Below the pieces are notes generated by a model. It was not told the origin of the DNA, did no database searches, and was given only the letters and a program-made list of their open reading frames with translations. Shown piece after piece: positions 28,849-38,558 of a stretch of DNA of 40,000 nucleotides; within the stretch, counting starts at the first letter, position 1, and the number at the start of each line of letters is the position of its first letter. This DNA comes from Thermomonas haemolytica (GTDB taxonomy: Bacteria; Pseudomonadota; Gammaproteobacteria; Xanthomonadales; Xanthomonadaceae): the NCBI RefSeq assembly GCF_004346265.1, contig NZ_SMAP01000004.1, positions 134,056-174,055 on the forward strand. The letters are read 5' to 3'. A program made the position numbers and the translations under genes.

Positions 28849-29480
28849 CACCACTCCTGCCCGTCGTCGGCGGTGGGTGCGGGGGCGGCGTCCTTGCGCC
28901 GGCGCACCCGCGCGACCACCACTGCGGCACCGGCCAGCAGCACCAGCACCGGTCCGGCCCACAGCAGCAGGGTGGCCGGCTCCAGCCGCGGGGTGTACAG
29001 CACGAATTCGCCGTAGCGCTGCACCAGGTAGTCCTTGATCGCCGCGTCGCTCTTGCCCTGGCGCATCAGGTCCAGCACCTCGCGCCGCAGCTGCAGGGCG
29101 ATCAATGCGTTGGAATCGGCCAGCGACTGGTTCTGGCACATCACGCAGCGCAGCTGCACGGTGAGCGCGTGGAAGCGCGCTTCCTCGGCGGCATCGCGGA
29201 ACTGCAGCGGCGCGGCGTCGGCCTGCTGGTTGGCCTGGGCGAAGGCGGGCAGCTCGATGGGCGTGAGCAGCAGGCAGACGAACAGCAGGATGCTTTTGAC
29301 GTCATTCCCGCGCAGGCGGGAATCGCTCTTCGTGTTGGCATCCCGCGCTCCGGACAGGAGCGATTCCCGCCTGCGCGGGAATGACGGGCACAGGCGGCGC
29401 GCGAAGGCGGGCAGGCCGAAGTGCCACGGGTGGAGCCGCGTACCGGGGGATCGCATGGAGAAGCGGTGGCGCGTACTCAT
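28848..29480 (-). CDS. ccmH: Cytochrome c-type biogenesis protein CcmH, with a repeat-derived 60-codon N-terminal extension (start uncertain)
   Basis: The core region has a signal/anchor ILLFVCLLLTPIELPAFA, the LRCVMCQNQSLADSNA (LRCxxC) motif, and a C-terminal TM. The only canonical in-frame starts are ATG 29480 (ATGA overlap with the ccmG stop) and ATG 29456. Both require reading through the palindromic element at 29301-29385. Confidence 0.8.
   Translation of the reverse strand: MSTRHRFSMRSPGTRLHPWHFGLPAFARRLCPSFPRRRESLLSGARDANTKSDSRLRGNDVKSILLFVCLLLTPIELPAFAQANQQADAAPLQFRDAAEEARFHALTVQLRCVMCQNQSLADSNALIALQLRREVLDLMRQGKSDAAIKDYLVQRYGEFVLYTPRLEPATLLLWAGPVLVLLAGAAVVVARVRRRKDAAPAPTADDGQEW
29301..29385. 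repeat. REP/MITE-like palindromic doublet (two 28-bp arms in perfect inverted orientation, 29-bp spacer)
   Basis: Left arm gtcattcccgcgcaggcgggaatcgctc (29301-29328) and right arm gagcgattcccgcctgcgcgggaatgac (29358-29385). Each arm is itself a hairpin (attcccgc-gcag-gcgggaat). It translates to the FPRRRES / IPAQAGI-type peptides typical of this widespread repeat class. Confidence 0.85.
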
Positions 29481-30022
29481 CGCCCGGCCTCGATCTTGGC
29501 CAGCAGCGGCAGCAGCTGCTGCGCGATGACCGCATCGTCCAGCGGGCCGACATGCTTCCAGCGCACGATGCCCTTGCCATCCACCAGGAAGGTTTCCGGC
29601 GCGCCGTACACGCCCCAGTCCAGCGCGGTGCGGCCATCCTGGTCGGCCAGCACCACCATGTACGGGTTGCCGAACTGCTCCAGCCAGCGCAGCGCGTCGC
29701 CGCGTTCGTCCTTCCAGTTGTAGCCGACCACGCGCACGCGCTTGCTCTCGGCGAACTTCGTCAGCACCGGGTGCTCGACCCGGCACTCCACGCACCAGCT
29801 GCCCCACACGTTGAGCAGGAAGGGCTGGCCGCGCAGGTCCGAGAGCTTCACGACATAGCCGGGATCGTGCAGCACTGGCAGCGCGAAATCGGGTGCCGGC
29901 TTGCCGATCAGGGGCGAGGGCAGGGCGTCGCGGTCGGGCTTGCGGCTCATCCACACCCCGGCGGCAAGCAGCGCCGCGAGCAGCGCGAAGACGGCCAGTG
30001 GCAGCCAGCGCGAGGCTTTCAT
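29477..30022 (-). CDS. ccmG: Thiol:disulfide oxidoreductase CcmG/DsbE
   Basis: 181 aa with an N-terminal anchor and the thioredoxin motif GSWCVECRVEHP. ATGA overlap with the ccmF stop. Confidence 0.92.
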   Translation of the reverse strand: MKASRWLPLAVFALLAALLAAGVWMSRKPDRDALPSPLIGKPAPDFALPVLHDPGYVVKLSDLRGQPFLLNVWGSWCVECRVEHPVLTKFAESKRVRVVGYNWKDERGDALRWLEQFGNPYMVVLADQDGRTALDWGVYGAPETFLVDGKGIVRWKHVGPLDDAVIAQQLLPLLAKIEAGR

Positions 30023-31950
30023 GCGCGGTCCTCCATCGGGGAATCACTGCGGGCGTTGCGGAAGCGACGGTCGAACGCGGTGACCGCCGCTCCCAGCGCC
30101 ATCAGCAGCGCGCCGGCCCAGATCCAGCGCACGAAGGGCTTGACGTACAGGCGCATCGCCCAGGCGTCATCGCCCAGCGGTTCGCCGATCGCCACGTAGG
30201 CATCGCCCAGCAGCCCGCCGGCGATCCCGGTTTCGGTCATCACCTGGCCGCCGGCGCGGTAGCGGCGCTTCTCCGGATGCAGGGTGGCGATGGCGCGGCC
30301 GTCCCGCAGCACCTGCACGGTGGCGTAGTCGGCGCTGTAGTTGGGCCCCTGCGCCGGGCGGATGCCGTCGAAGCGGAAGGCATAGCGGCCCAGCGTCACG
30401 CTGTCGCCGGCCTTCATCGCCAGTTCGCGCTGCTGGCCCAGCCCTTCCACCAGCAGGGCACCGACCAGGAACACCGCGATCCCGAAGTGGGCCAGGCTCA
30501 TGCCCCACATCTCCCGGGTCAGGCGGCCGCTGGCGCGCAGCCGCGTCCACACGAAGCGCAGCGTGCCGGCCGCCACCCAGGCCGCGCCGAGCAGGCCGGC
30601 GGCGGTCTTCCAGCGGCCCTGCGGGGCCAGCACGAATGCGATCACGCCCAGCACCAGCGCCAGCGCCGCCCACGGCGCCAGCAGGCGCAGCGGGGTGGCC
30701 ATGTCCTCGCGCTGCCAGCGGGTCAGCGGGCCCAGCGGCAGCAGCGCCACCAGCGGCGCCATCAGCAGCACGAACATCGCCGCGAAATACGGTGGCCCCA
30801 CCGAGATCTTGCCCAGCTCCAATGCATCCGCCAGCAGCGGGTACAACGTGCCCAGCAGCACCATCGCGCAGGCGCTGGCCAGCAGCAGGTTGTTGATGAG
30901 CAGCAAGGTTTCGCGTGAGCCGGCGGCGAACGGCTTGCCCTCGTTATCGGGCGCGCGCAGTGCGTACAGCAGCAGCGAGCCGCCGACCACGAGGCCGAGG
31001 AAGACCAGCACGAACAGGCCGCGCCCGGGGTCGGCCGCGAACGCGTGCACGCTGGTCAGCACGCCGGAGCGCACCAGGAAGGTGCCCAGCAGCGACAGCG
31101 AGAACGCGGCGATCGCCAGCAGCAGCGTCCAGCCGCCGAAGCTGCCGCGCTTCTCGGTCACCGCCTGCGAATGCAGGAGTGCCGCCCCGGCCAGCCACGG
31201 CATGAAGCTGGCGTTCTCCACCGGGTCCCAGAACCACCAGCCGCCCCAGCCCAGCTCGTAGTAGGCCCACCAGCTGCCGATGGCGATGCCCACGGTCAAA
31301 AACGCCCAGGCGGCGTTGGTCCACGGCCGCGTCCAGCGCAGCCACTGCGCGTCGATGCGGCCTTCCAGCAGCGCCGCGATGGCGAACGCGAACGGCACCG
31401 CGAAGCCGACGTAGCCGGCATACAGCATCGGCGGGTGGATGATCAGCCCCGGGTCCTGCAACAGCGGGTTGAGGTCGCGGCCTTCCGCCGGCATCGGCAG
31501 CAGCCGCGCGAACGGGTTGCTGGTGAAGATCAGGAAGGCCAGGAAGCCGGTCGCTACGATCCCCAGCACGCCCAGCACGCGCGCCACCACCGGCATCGGC
31601 AGCGCCGTGGAGAAGCGTGCCAACGCGGCTGTCCACAGCGCCAGCACCAGCGCCCACAGCAGCAGCGAACCCTCGTGCGCGCCCCACACCGCGGTGTAGC
31701 GGTACACCAGCGGCAGCAGCGAATTGGAGTTCTCGGCCACGTAGCGCACCGAGAAGTCGCCGGTGACGAACGCATGCGTGAGCAGCACGAACGCCAGCCC
31801 CACCAGCAGCAGCTGCATGTAGGCGGCCGGCCGCGCCACCGCCATCAGCGCCGGCTGCGCGCGCCACGCGCCCAGCAGCGGCAGCAGCGCCTGCAGCGCG
31901 GCCACCAGTAGCGCCAGCACCAGCGCCACCTGCCCCAATTCGGGCAGCAT
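30019..31950 (-). CDS. ccmF: Cytochrome c heme lyase subunit CcmF
   Basis: 643 aa from ATG 31950 ([20 protein letters not shown]...). It is polytopic and carries the WWD motif WGGWWFWDPVEN. Confidence 0.95.
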   Translation of the reverse strand: MLPELGQVALVLALLVAALQALLPLLGAWRAQPALMAVARPAAYMQLLLVGLAFVLLTHAFVTGDFSVRYVAENSNSLLPLVYRYTAVWGAHEGSLLLWALVLALWTAALARFSTALPMPVVARVLGVLGIVATGFLAFLIFTSNPFARLLPMPAEGRDLNPLLQDPGLIIHPPMLYAGYVGFAVPFAFAIAALLEGRIDAQWLRWTRPWTNAAWAFLTVGIAIGSWWAYYELGWGGWWFWDPVENASFMPWLAGAALLHSQAVTEKRGSFGGWTLLLAIAAFSLSLLGTFLVRSGVLTSVHAFAADPGRGLFVLVFLGLVVGGSLLLYALRAPDNEGKPFAAGSRETLLLINNLLLASACAMVLLGTLYPLLADALELGKISVGPPYFAAMFVLLMAPLVALLPLGPLTRWQREDMATPLRLLAPWAALALVLGVIAFVLAPQGRWKTAAGLLGAAWVAAGTLRFVWTRLRASGRLTREMWGMSLAHFGIAVFLVGALLVEGLGQQRELAMKAGDSVTLGRYAFRFDGIRPAQGPNYSADYATVQVLRDGRAIATLHPEKRRYRAGGQVMTETGIAGGLLGDAYVAIGEPLGDDAWAMRLYVKPFVRWIWAGALLMALGAAVTAFDRRFRNARSDSPMEDRA

Positions 31951-32438
31951 CAGGGCGTGCTCCCGGCGGGCGTGGCCGGCGCGTCCTGCACCTGGTGCTT
32001 GCGGTGCGCCGCGCCCATCTTGTCGGCCACTTCCTTGGGCATGTAGGTCTCGTCGTGCTTGGCCAGTACCTGCTCGGCCACGAACACGTCGCCACGCATG
32101 CGGCCGGTGGCGATCACCGACTGCTTCTCGCGGAACAGGTCGGGCAGGATGCCGGTATAGACCACCGGCAGGCGGGCATCGCCGTCGTCCACCGCGAAGT
32201 GCGCTTCCATCGAACCGGGCGCGCGCTGGAACGAGCCGGCCGCCACCATCCCGCCGAGCCGGAAGGTGGCGCGGCCGTCGCGCACCTCGCGCCCGGCGCT
32301 GCCGTCCAGCACTTCGTGCGGGGTGTAGAGGTAGGCGACGTTGCGCTGCAGGGCCAGCGCGATCAGGGTGGTGGCGAGGCCGGCGGCGGCGACCAGTGCC
32401 AGCACCAGCCACAGGCGGCGTTTGCGGGTGGGGTTCAT
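31950..32438 (-). CDS. ccmE: Heme chaperone CcmE
   Basis: 162 aa from ATG 32438 ([21 protein letters not shown]...). It has an N-terminal anchor and the heme-binding His context [14 protein letters not shown]. Confidence 0.93.
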   Translation of the reverse strand: MNPTRKRRLWLVLALVAAAGLATTLIALALQRNVAYLYTPHEVLDGSAGREVRDGRATFRLGGMVAAGSFQRAPGSMEAHFAVDDGDARLPVVYTGILPDLFREKQSVIATGRMRGDVFVAEQVLAKHDETYMPKEVADKMGAAHRKHQVQDAPATPAGSTP

Positions 32439-32599
32439 CGTTGCAGCTCGGTAGGGGCGGGGCGCGCGTCTTGGCGTGCCAGCCGCCGGCGCACGGCGCG
32501 CAGCGCGGCGCGCACCTGCAGGGCCGGGGCCAGCGCGTCCCACAGCAGGAACACGGCGAACACCGCGTAGGCGGCGATGACGTACTCGCGGTAGCTCAT
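32435..32599 (-). CDS. ccmD: Heme exporter protein CcmD (small single-TM protein; not in the ORF track because <60 aa)
   Basis: My hand translation gives [54 protein letters not shown] (54 aa). The ATG overlaps the ccmC stop (ATGA) and the stop overlaps the ccmE ATG (ATGA). The position and size are canonical. Confidence 0.75.
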   Translation of the reverse strand: MSYREYVIAAYAVFAVFLLWDALAPALQVRAALRAVRRRLARQDARPAPTELQR

Positions 32600-33351
32600 C
32601 CGGCCCGTCCCGTGGTGGCGAGCCTGGCCACCCAGTCCTTGCCGGCCTCGCGGCGCAGGTTATCGGCGCGCGCCCGCGCCAGCAGCGAACCCAGGAACCA
32701 CAATTTGGTGCCGACGAGCATCCACACCAGCGGCGGCAGCATGCTCGCATCCATGCTGGAGGGGCCGAACAGGCGGATGGTCTGGCCCTGGTGCAGCGAG
32801 TTCCACCACACCACCGACCAGCGGATGACCGGCAGCAGGGCGACGCCGACGATGGCCAGCAGCCCGGCGGCGCGCGCGGCGTTGCGGCGGTCGTCGATCG
32901 CGGCGTACAGGCCGATCACGCCCAGGTACAGGAACAGCAGGATCAGCTCAGTGGTCAGGCGCGGGTCCCAGTCCCACCAGGTGCCCCACATCGGCTTGCC
33001 CCAGATCGCGCCGGTGAGCAGGGTCACTGCAGTGAAGCCGGCGCCGGCCGGTGCGCAGGCCATCGCCAGGATCTCGCACAGCTTGATCCGCCAGATGAGC
33101 GCGATCGCGGAATAGAGGGCCATCAGCGCGAACACCGCCATGCTCATCCAGGCCGCCGGCACGTGGATGTAGAGGATGCGGAAGCTGTCGCCCTGCTGGT
33201 AGTCGGCCGGCACCTGGTACAGCGCGCCGTAGGCGCCGACCAGGATGGCCAGCAGCCCCAGCCCGTAGCCCCACGGCGCCCAGCGCGCGGCGAAGCGGTC
33301 GAAGTAGGGGGGCGAGCCGAGGAGGTGGAACCAGCGGATCAGCGGGTGCAT
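32596..33351 (-). CDS. ccmC: Heme exporter protein CcmC
   Basis: 251 aa from ATG 33351 ([20 protein letters not shown]...), collinear with E. coli CcmC ([24 protein letters not shown]), with the WWD motif [12 protein letters not shown]. Confidence 0.93.
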   Translation of the reverse strand: MHPLIRWFHLLGSPPYFDRFAARWAPWGYGLGLLAILVGAYGALYQVPADYQQGDSFRILYIHVPAAWMSMAVFALMALYSAIALIWRIKLCEILAMACAPAGAGFTAVTLLTGAIWGKPMWGTWWDWDPRLTTELILLFLYLGVIGLYAAIDDRRNAARAAGLLAIVGVALLPVIRWSVVWWNSLHQGQTIRLFGPSSMDASMLPPLVWMLVGTKLWFLGSLLARARADNLRREAGKDWVARLATTGRAG

Positions 33352-33518
33352 CGTGGCCTGTGCGGAAGCGGCGCGCATCGGGCCGCGGACGATCCGGGCA
33401 AGGATACCAGTCCGCGGCAAGACGGGCCGGAGAGGGAGTGGGGTCTGGCCGGCATGCGCATATTGTCCGCCCAGCGCCTGCGGGCCTGCCTTGATCCAGC
33501 GCAAGCCCGGCCGCGAGT

Positions 33519-34190
33519 TCAGGAATGCGCGATGCGCAGCGCGGCGGCCGCGGTCGCGGGCGCCAGCGCCAGCGCCAGCACCAGCCCGGCGCCCAGCAGC
33601 AGCAGCGCGCCCACCGCATCCAGCCCCTGCGCCTGCGCCGCCACCGCGCCGGCCCCGAATACCAGCACCGGCACGTACAGCGGCAGCGCCAGCAGCGCCA
33701 GCAGGATGCCGGCGCGGCGCATGCCCACGGTCAGCGCCGCGACCACCGCGCCCAGCAGGCTGAGGATGGGCGTGCCCAGCAGCAGCGAGGCCAGCAGCAC
33801 CGGCAGCTGCGCGTGCGGCAGGTGCAGCAGCTCGCCCAGCAGCGGCACCGCCACGATCACCGGCAGCGCGGTGGTGGCCCAGTGCATCAGGGTGCGTACC
33901 AGCACCAGCCACCACAGCGGCACCGGCGCCAGCATCCACTGTTCCAGCGAGCCGTCCTCGGCATCGCCGCGGAACAGGGTGTCCAGCGCCAGCAGCCCGG
34001 CCAGCAGCACCGCCAGCCACAGTACCGCCGCGGCCACCGGCGCCAGCGCGCGCGCCTCGCCGCCGAGGCCGAGCGCGAACAGCACCACCGTCAGCAGCGC
34101 GAACAGCGCCGGCTGCAGGGCGTCGCCGCGGCGCGCCCACAAAAGGCGCAGGTCGCGCAGCATCAGCGCGCGCGCGGCCTGCCACATCAT
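33519..34190 (-). CDS. ccmB: Heme exporter permease CcmB
   Basis: 223-aa polytopic ORF with ATGA overlap to the ccmA stop, in the conserved position. Confidence 0.92.
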   Translation of the reverse strand: MMWQAARALMLRDLRLLWARRGDALQPALFALLTVVLFALGLGGEARALAPVAAAVLWLAVLLAGLLALDTLFRGDAEDGSLEQWMLAPVPLWWLVLVRTLMHWATTALPVIVAVPLLGELLHLPHAQLPVLLASLLLGTPILSLLGAVVAALTVGMRRAGILLALLALPLYVPVLVFGAGAVAAQAQGLDAVGALLLLGAGLVLALALAPATAAAALRIAHS

Positions 34191-34846
34191 GCCGGCACTC
34201 CCGCCGGCAGCGGCTTGCCCAGCTCGAGCAGGCGCGTGCGCACCGGGGGCGCGGCATAGGCGCCGTGGGTGGTGATCAGCGCCGCGCCGCCTGCGCGCAG
34301 ATGGGCTTCCACCATGCGGTTCACCAGCTGGATGCCTTCCAGATCGAGATTGGCATACGGCTCATCCAGCAGCCACAGCGGCGCCGGCGACAGCCACAGC
34401 CGCGCCAGGCCCAGGCGCTTCTTCTGCCCGGCCGACAGTGTGCGTAGCGGGGCGTCCTCGAAACCGGCCAGGCCGACGATCGCCAGCGCCTGCTCCAGTC
34501 CGAGACCGGGACGCTGCCCGTGCAGGCCGCACAGGGAGTCGAGGTTGTGCAGGGCCGACAGATCGGCCTTCAGGCCGGGCAGGTGGCCGAGGTAGGCCAT
34601 GTGCCGCGCGCGCGCCCGCGGCTGCGCCGGGATGCCCGCGATCTCCACCGCGCCGGAGTCCGCGCGCAGCAGCCCGGCCAGCACCCGCAGCAGGGTGGTC
34701 TTGCCGACGCCATTGCCACCCTGCACCAGCAGCGCTTCGCCGGCGTCCACCGCGAAATCCAGTGGCCCGAACACCGGCAGCTCGTCGCGCGAGAACGCCA
34801 GCGCGCGCACGGCAAGCAGGGGGCTGGCGGGAAGGGCGGCGGGCAT
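34187..34846 (-). CDS. ccmA: Heme exporter ATP-binding protein CcmA
   Basis: 219 aa with Walker [16 protein letters not shown] signature LSAGQKKR, and Walker B LWLLDEP. Confidence 0.92.
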   Translation of the reverse strand: MPAALPASPLLAVRALAFSRDELPVFGPLDFAVDAGEALLVQGGNGVGKTTLLRVLAGLLRADSGAVEIAGIPAQPRARARHMAYLGHLPGLKADLSALHNLDSLCGLHGQRPGLGLEQALAIVGLAGFEDAPLRTLSAGQKKRLGLARLWLSPAPLWLLDEPYANLDLEGIQLVNRMVEAHLRAGGAALITTHGAYAAPPVRTRLLELGKPLPAGVPA

Positions 34847-34947
34847 GGGCCGCCAATTCTACGGGAGAAGCTTGCGGGGCACGCCCGGCCTGGGTGGCCC
34901 GCGCATCCGGCCGCGGGCGGATTCCGTACACTGGAATGCCCGCTTGA

Positions 34948-36108
34948 ATGGCTTTACGCATGCATCTCGACAGCAAACTGCCGCAGGTCGGCACCACCAT
35001 CTTCACCGTGATGTCGCAGCTGGCGGCCGAGCACGGTGCGGTCAACCTCGGCCAGGGCTTCCCCGATTTCCCGGTGCCGTCGCGCCTGGTGGACGCGCTC
35101 AGCCATGCCATGCAGGCCGGCCACAACCAGTACGCGCCGATGACCGGCATCCCCGCGCTGCGCCAGGCCATCGCCGCCAAGACCGAACGCTGCTACGGCT
35201 GGCGCCCTGATGCCGATGCCGAGATCACCGTGACCAGCGGCGCCACCGAGGCGATCTTCAACGCCATCCACGCGGTGGTGCGCGCCGGCGAGGAAGTGAT
35301 CGTCCTCGACCCCTGCTACGACTGCTACGAGCCGGCCATCGACCTCGCCGGCGCCAGGGCCGTGCACGTGCCGCTGGACCCGGCCAGCTTTGCCCCCGAC
35401 TGGGACGCGGTGCGCGCCGCCATCACCCCACGCACGCGCCTGCTGATCATCAACAGCCCGCACAACCCGTCGGGCGCGATGTTCACCGCCGCCGACATGC
35501 AGGCCCTGCAGGACCTTCTGCATGGCACCGACATCCTGCTGCTCAGCGACGAGGTATACGAGCACATCGTGTTCGACGGCGCCCGCCACGAATCCGTGCT
35601 GCGGTATCCGCAGCTGCGCGCGCGCGCGTTCGTCATCTCCAGCTTCGGCAAGACCTACCACTGCACCGGCTGGAAGCTGGGCTACTGCATCGCGCCGCCG
35701 GCGCTGTCCGCGGAGTTCCGCAAGGTGCACCAGTACAACGTGTTCTGCAGCTTCAACCCGGCGCAGCACGCGTTTGCCGAGATGATCGCGGCCGAGCCGG
35801 AGCACTACGAAACGCTGGGCGCGTTCTACCAGGCCAAGCGCGACCGCTTCCGCGCGCAGCTGGCGAGCACCCGGCTCAAGCCGCTGCCGGTGCCGGGCGG
35901 CTATTTCCAGCTGGTGGATTACTCGGCAGTCAGCGACCTGCCGGACGTGGAGTTCGCGCGCTGGCTGACGCTGGAGCACGGCGTCACCGGTATCCCGCTG
36001 TCGCCCTTCTACGCCGCGCCGCCCGCAGGCCAACGCCTGCTGCGGCTGTGCTTCGCCAAGAACGACGACACCATGAACCTTGCGATGCAGCGCTTGTCCA
36101 AGCTGTGA
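34948..36108 (+). CDS. Class I PLP-dependent aminotransferase, YbdL (methionine/glutamine transaminase)-like
   Basis: 386 aa, collinear with E. coli YbdL from SKLPQVGTTIFTVMSQLAAEHGAVNLGQGFPDF onward, with the PLP-lysine context SSFGKTYHCTGWKLGY. The start may instead be ATG 34960. Confidence 0.9.
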   Translation: MALRMHLDSKLPQVGTTIFTVMSQLAAEHGAVNLGQGFPDFPVPSRLVDALSHAMQAGHNQYAPMTGIPALRQAIAAKTERCYGWRPDADAEITVTSGATEAIFNAIHAVVRAGEEVIVLDPCYDCYEPAIDLAGARAVHVPLDPASFAPDWDAVRAAITPRTRLLIINSPHNPSGAMFTAADMQALQDLLHGTDILLLSDEVYEHIVFDGARHESVLRYPQLRARAFVISSFGKTYHCTGWKLGYCIAPPALSAEFRKVHQYNVFCSFNPAQHAFAEMIAAEPEHYETLGAFYQAKRDRFRAQLASTRLKPLPVPGGYFQLVDYSAVSDLPDVEFARWLTLEHGVTGIPLSPFYAAPPAGQRLLRLCFAKNDDTMNLAMQRLSKL

Positions 36109-36163
36109 AGACCGGGCGAGCCGCAGCTGCGGCGGCCTGCCCATTCCCATGCCGGAGGTTGCC

Positions 36164-37516
36164 ATGACGATCGAAAAGACCATCGCGATGCTGCTGGCCC
36201 TGATGCTGGGCGGCGCGCTGGCGGCATTCGGTTGGCGGGCGCTGCAGGCGCGCCCGGCGACTTCCCCGGCATCCACGGCACCCACGATCGGAGGCACCCC
36301 GATGGACGGTACGCATCTGCAAGACATCTATTTCGGCATGGGCTGCTTCTGGGGCGCGGAGAAGCGCCTGCGCGCCGTGCCCGGCGTGGTCGCGGTGGAG
36401 GTGGGCTATGCCGGCGGCGATGCCCAGAAAGTCGGCTACGAGGACGTGCTGCGCGAGGAACGCCTGATCCGCATGGGGCGCAGCCATGCCCGCAACCATG
36501 CCGAGGTGGTGCGGGTGCGCTACGACCCGCGCCGGCTCGACCTGATGAAGCTGCTCGCCGCGTTCTGGGAGAACCACGACCCCACCCAGGTGGGCGGGCA
36601 GGGCAACGACATCGGCAGCAACTACCGCAGCGCGATCTATTACACCAGCGAGGCGCAGAAGGTGGTGGCCGAGCAGAGCCGCGACATCTACCAGAAGAAC
36701 CTGGCCCGCGCCGGCTTCGGGCCGATCACCACCGAGATCCTGCCGGTGCGCCACTACAACCGTGCCGAGGACTACCATCAGGACTACCTGGTCAAGAATC
36801 CGGATGGCTACTGCGGGCTGGGCGGCACCGGGGTGAAGTTCGGGCTGGATGCCGAGGTGGGCGCCACTCCGCCGCCGGACGGCGCGGCCCTGCACGCCGA
36901 CCGCCAGCTGGTGGTGTACGAGGCCGAGGACTGTCCGTACTGCGAGAAATTCGAGGCCGACGTGCTCTCCACCTGGAAGGCCGACGTGCCGTTCGTGCGT
37001 ACCCGCGCGCAGAAGGCCCCGACCGGCTGGACCCTGGCTGGCCCGCTGCTGGGCACGCCCACCATCGTATTGTTTACGCACGGCAAGGAGACCGCGCGCT
37101 TCACTGGCTACGCCGGCGACCCGAAGAAGTTCTGGCAGTGGCTGGGGTTCTACCTGCTGAGCCCGGAGCAGCAGCGGATCGCGTTCGAGAACGGCACCGA
37201 GCGGCCCGGCACCGGCGCACATCTGTACGAGTCGCGCCCCGGCACGTATTACGACCCGGTGAGCGGGGCGGCGCTGTTCCGCAGCGATGCCAAGTTCGAC
37301 AGCAGCTGCGGTTGGCCAAGCTTCTTCGAGCCGATGCCGGGCGCACTGCAGTTCCTGGCCGACGACAGCCACGGCATGCACCGCATCGAGGTCCGTAGCG
37401 CCAGCTCCGGCATCCACCTCGGGCACGTGTTCGACGACGGCCCGCCGCCCACCGGCAAGCGCTACTGCATCAATGGCAACGTGCTGAGGTTCGTACCGGA
37501 TCCACCCAAGGCCTGA
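36164..37516 (+). CDS. Membrane-anchored tri-domain methionine sulfoxide reductase: MsrA - thioredoxin-fold (CPYC) - MsrB
   Basis: Starts at ATG 36164 with GGAGG upstream. There is a TM/signal anchor at aa 5-24. The MsrA domain carries GMGCFWGAE (Cys61). The central thioredoxin-fold domain has CPYC (aa 257-260) and the cis-Pro context GTPT. The MsrB domain has CGWPSF (Cys382), [10 protein letters not shown] and RYCING (Cys435). Confidence 0.9.
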   Translation: MTIEKTIAMLLALMLGGALAAFGWRALQARPATSPASTAPTIGGTPMDGTHLQDIYFGMGCFWGAEKRLRAVPGVVAVEVGYAGGDAQKVGYEDVLREERLIRMGRSHARNHAEVVRVRYDPRRLDLMKLLAAFWENHDPTQVGGQGNDIGSNYRSAIYYTSEAQKVVAEQSRDIYQKNLARAGFGPITTEILPVRHYNRAEDYHQDYLVKNPDGYCGLGGTGVKFGLDAEVGATPPPDGAALHADRQLVVYEAEDCPYCEKFEADVLSTWKADVPFVRTRAQKAPTGWTLAGPLLGTPTIVLFTHGKETARFTGYAGDPKKFWQWLGFYLLSPEQQRIAFENGTERPGTGAHLYESRPGTYYDPVSGAALFRSDAKFDSSCGWPSFFEPMPGALQFLADDSHGMHRIEVRSASSGIHLGHVFDDGPPPTGKRYCINGNVLRFVPDPPKA

Positions 37517-37596
37517 GCGCGGATTCCCTCCCGATTTCCTTCCGCGCGCGCAGGTGGAACAATCCTGCGCTGAGGATTTTCCCGGAGCGCATCCTG

Positions 37597-38409
37597 ATGC
37601 CTGCCACACTGCCCGACCTGCGCGTCTCCCTCGTTCAGGGCGATACCCGCTGGCACGACCCGCAGGGCAACCGCGACTATTACGGGGAATTGATCGCCCC
37701 GCTGCACGGGCTGACCGACCTGGTGGTGCTGCCGGAGACCTTCACCAGCGGTTTCTCGAACGAGGCGATCGCGCGCGCCGAAGGCATGGACGGCCCGACC
37801 GTGGCCTGGCTGCGCCAGCAGGCGCAGGCGCTGGGCGCGGCCATTGCTGGCAGCGTGCAGATCCGCACCGAGGCAGGCGTCTTCAACCGCATGCTCTTCG
37901 CCACCCCGGACGGCGCGCTGGTGCATTACGACAAGCGCCACCTGTTCACCTTCGCCCGCGAACACGAGCGCTACGCGCCCGGGCGCGAACGCGTGGTGGT
38001 GGAGTGGAAGGGCTGGCGGATCCTGCTGCAGGTCTGCTACGACCTACGCTTCCCGGTGTTCTCGCGCAACCGCTTCGACCCGACGCGCGCCGGCCAGGCC
38101 GACTACGACCTGGCGCTGTACGTCGCCAACTGGCCGTCGGCGCGCGCCTATCCGTGGAAGACCCTGCTGCGCGCGCGTGCAATCGAGAACCTGTGCTTTG
38201 TCGTCGGCGTGAACCGGGTCGGCAGCGACGGCAACGGCCTGCACTACAGCGGCGACAGCGCGGTGATCGACTTCCTCGGGCATCCGGTCAGCGAATGCAT
38301 GGACGAGCCGGTGGTGGTCACCACCACCTTGCAGGCCGCCGAACTGCTGGCCCATCGCCAGCGCTTCCCGGCGCTGCAGGACGCCGACGGGTTCGAGCTG
38401 CGCGATTGA
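37597..38409 (+). CDS. Nitrilase-superfamily amidohydrolase, omega-amidase (YafV)-like
   Basis: 270 aa with the catalytic Glu-Lys-Cys contexts VVLPETF, YDKRHLF and [10 protein letters not shown]. Confidence 0.88.
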   Translation: MPATLPDLRVSLVQGDTRWHDPQGNRDYYGELIAPLHGLTDLVVLPETFTSGFSNEAIARAEGMDGPTVAWLRQQAQALGAAIAGSVQIRTEAGVFNRMLFATPDGALVHYDKRHLFTFAREHERYAPGRERVVVEWKGWRILLQVCYDLRFPVFSRNRFDPTRAGQADYDLALYVANWPSARAYPWKTLLRARAIENLCFVVGVNRVGSDGNGLHYSGDSAVIDFLGHPVSECMDEPVVVTTTLQAAELLAHRQRFPALQDADGFELRD

Positions 38410-38558
38410 GTTGCTCGCGCTGCATCCGCGCGGGCATCCCTGCACGTAGCGGAAACCCGGATGCCGTCAGCATGCCGCTGCCGTTTCCGAGCCTTGCCTC
38501 CGCGGCTGTGCGCGCGGAAGCGTCCTTTCCATTCCTCCCCAACCCCCAGGAGTCCCGC

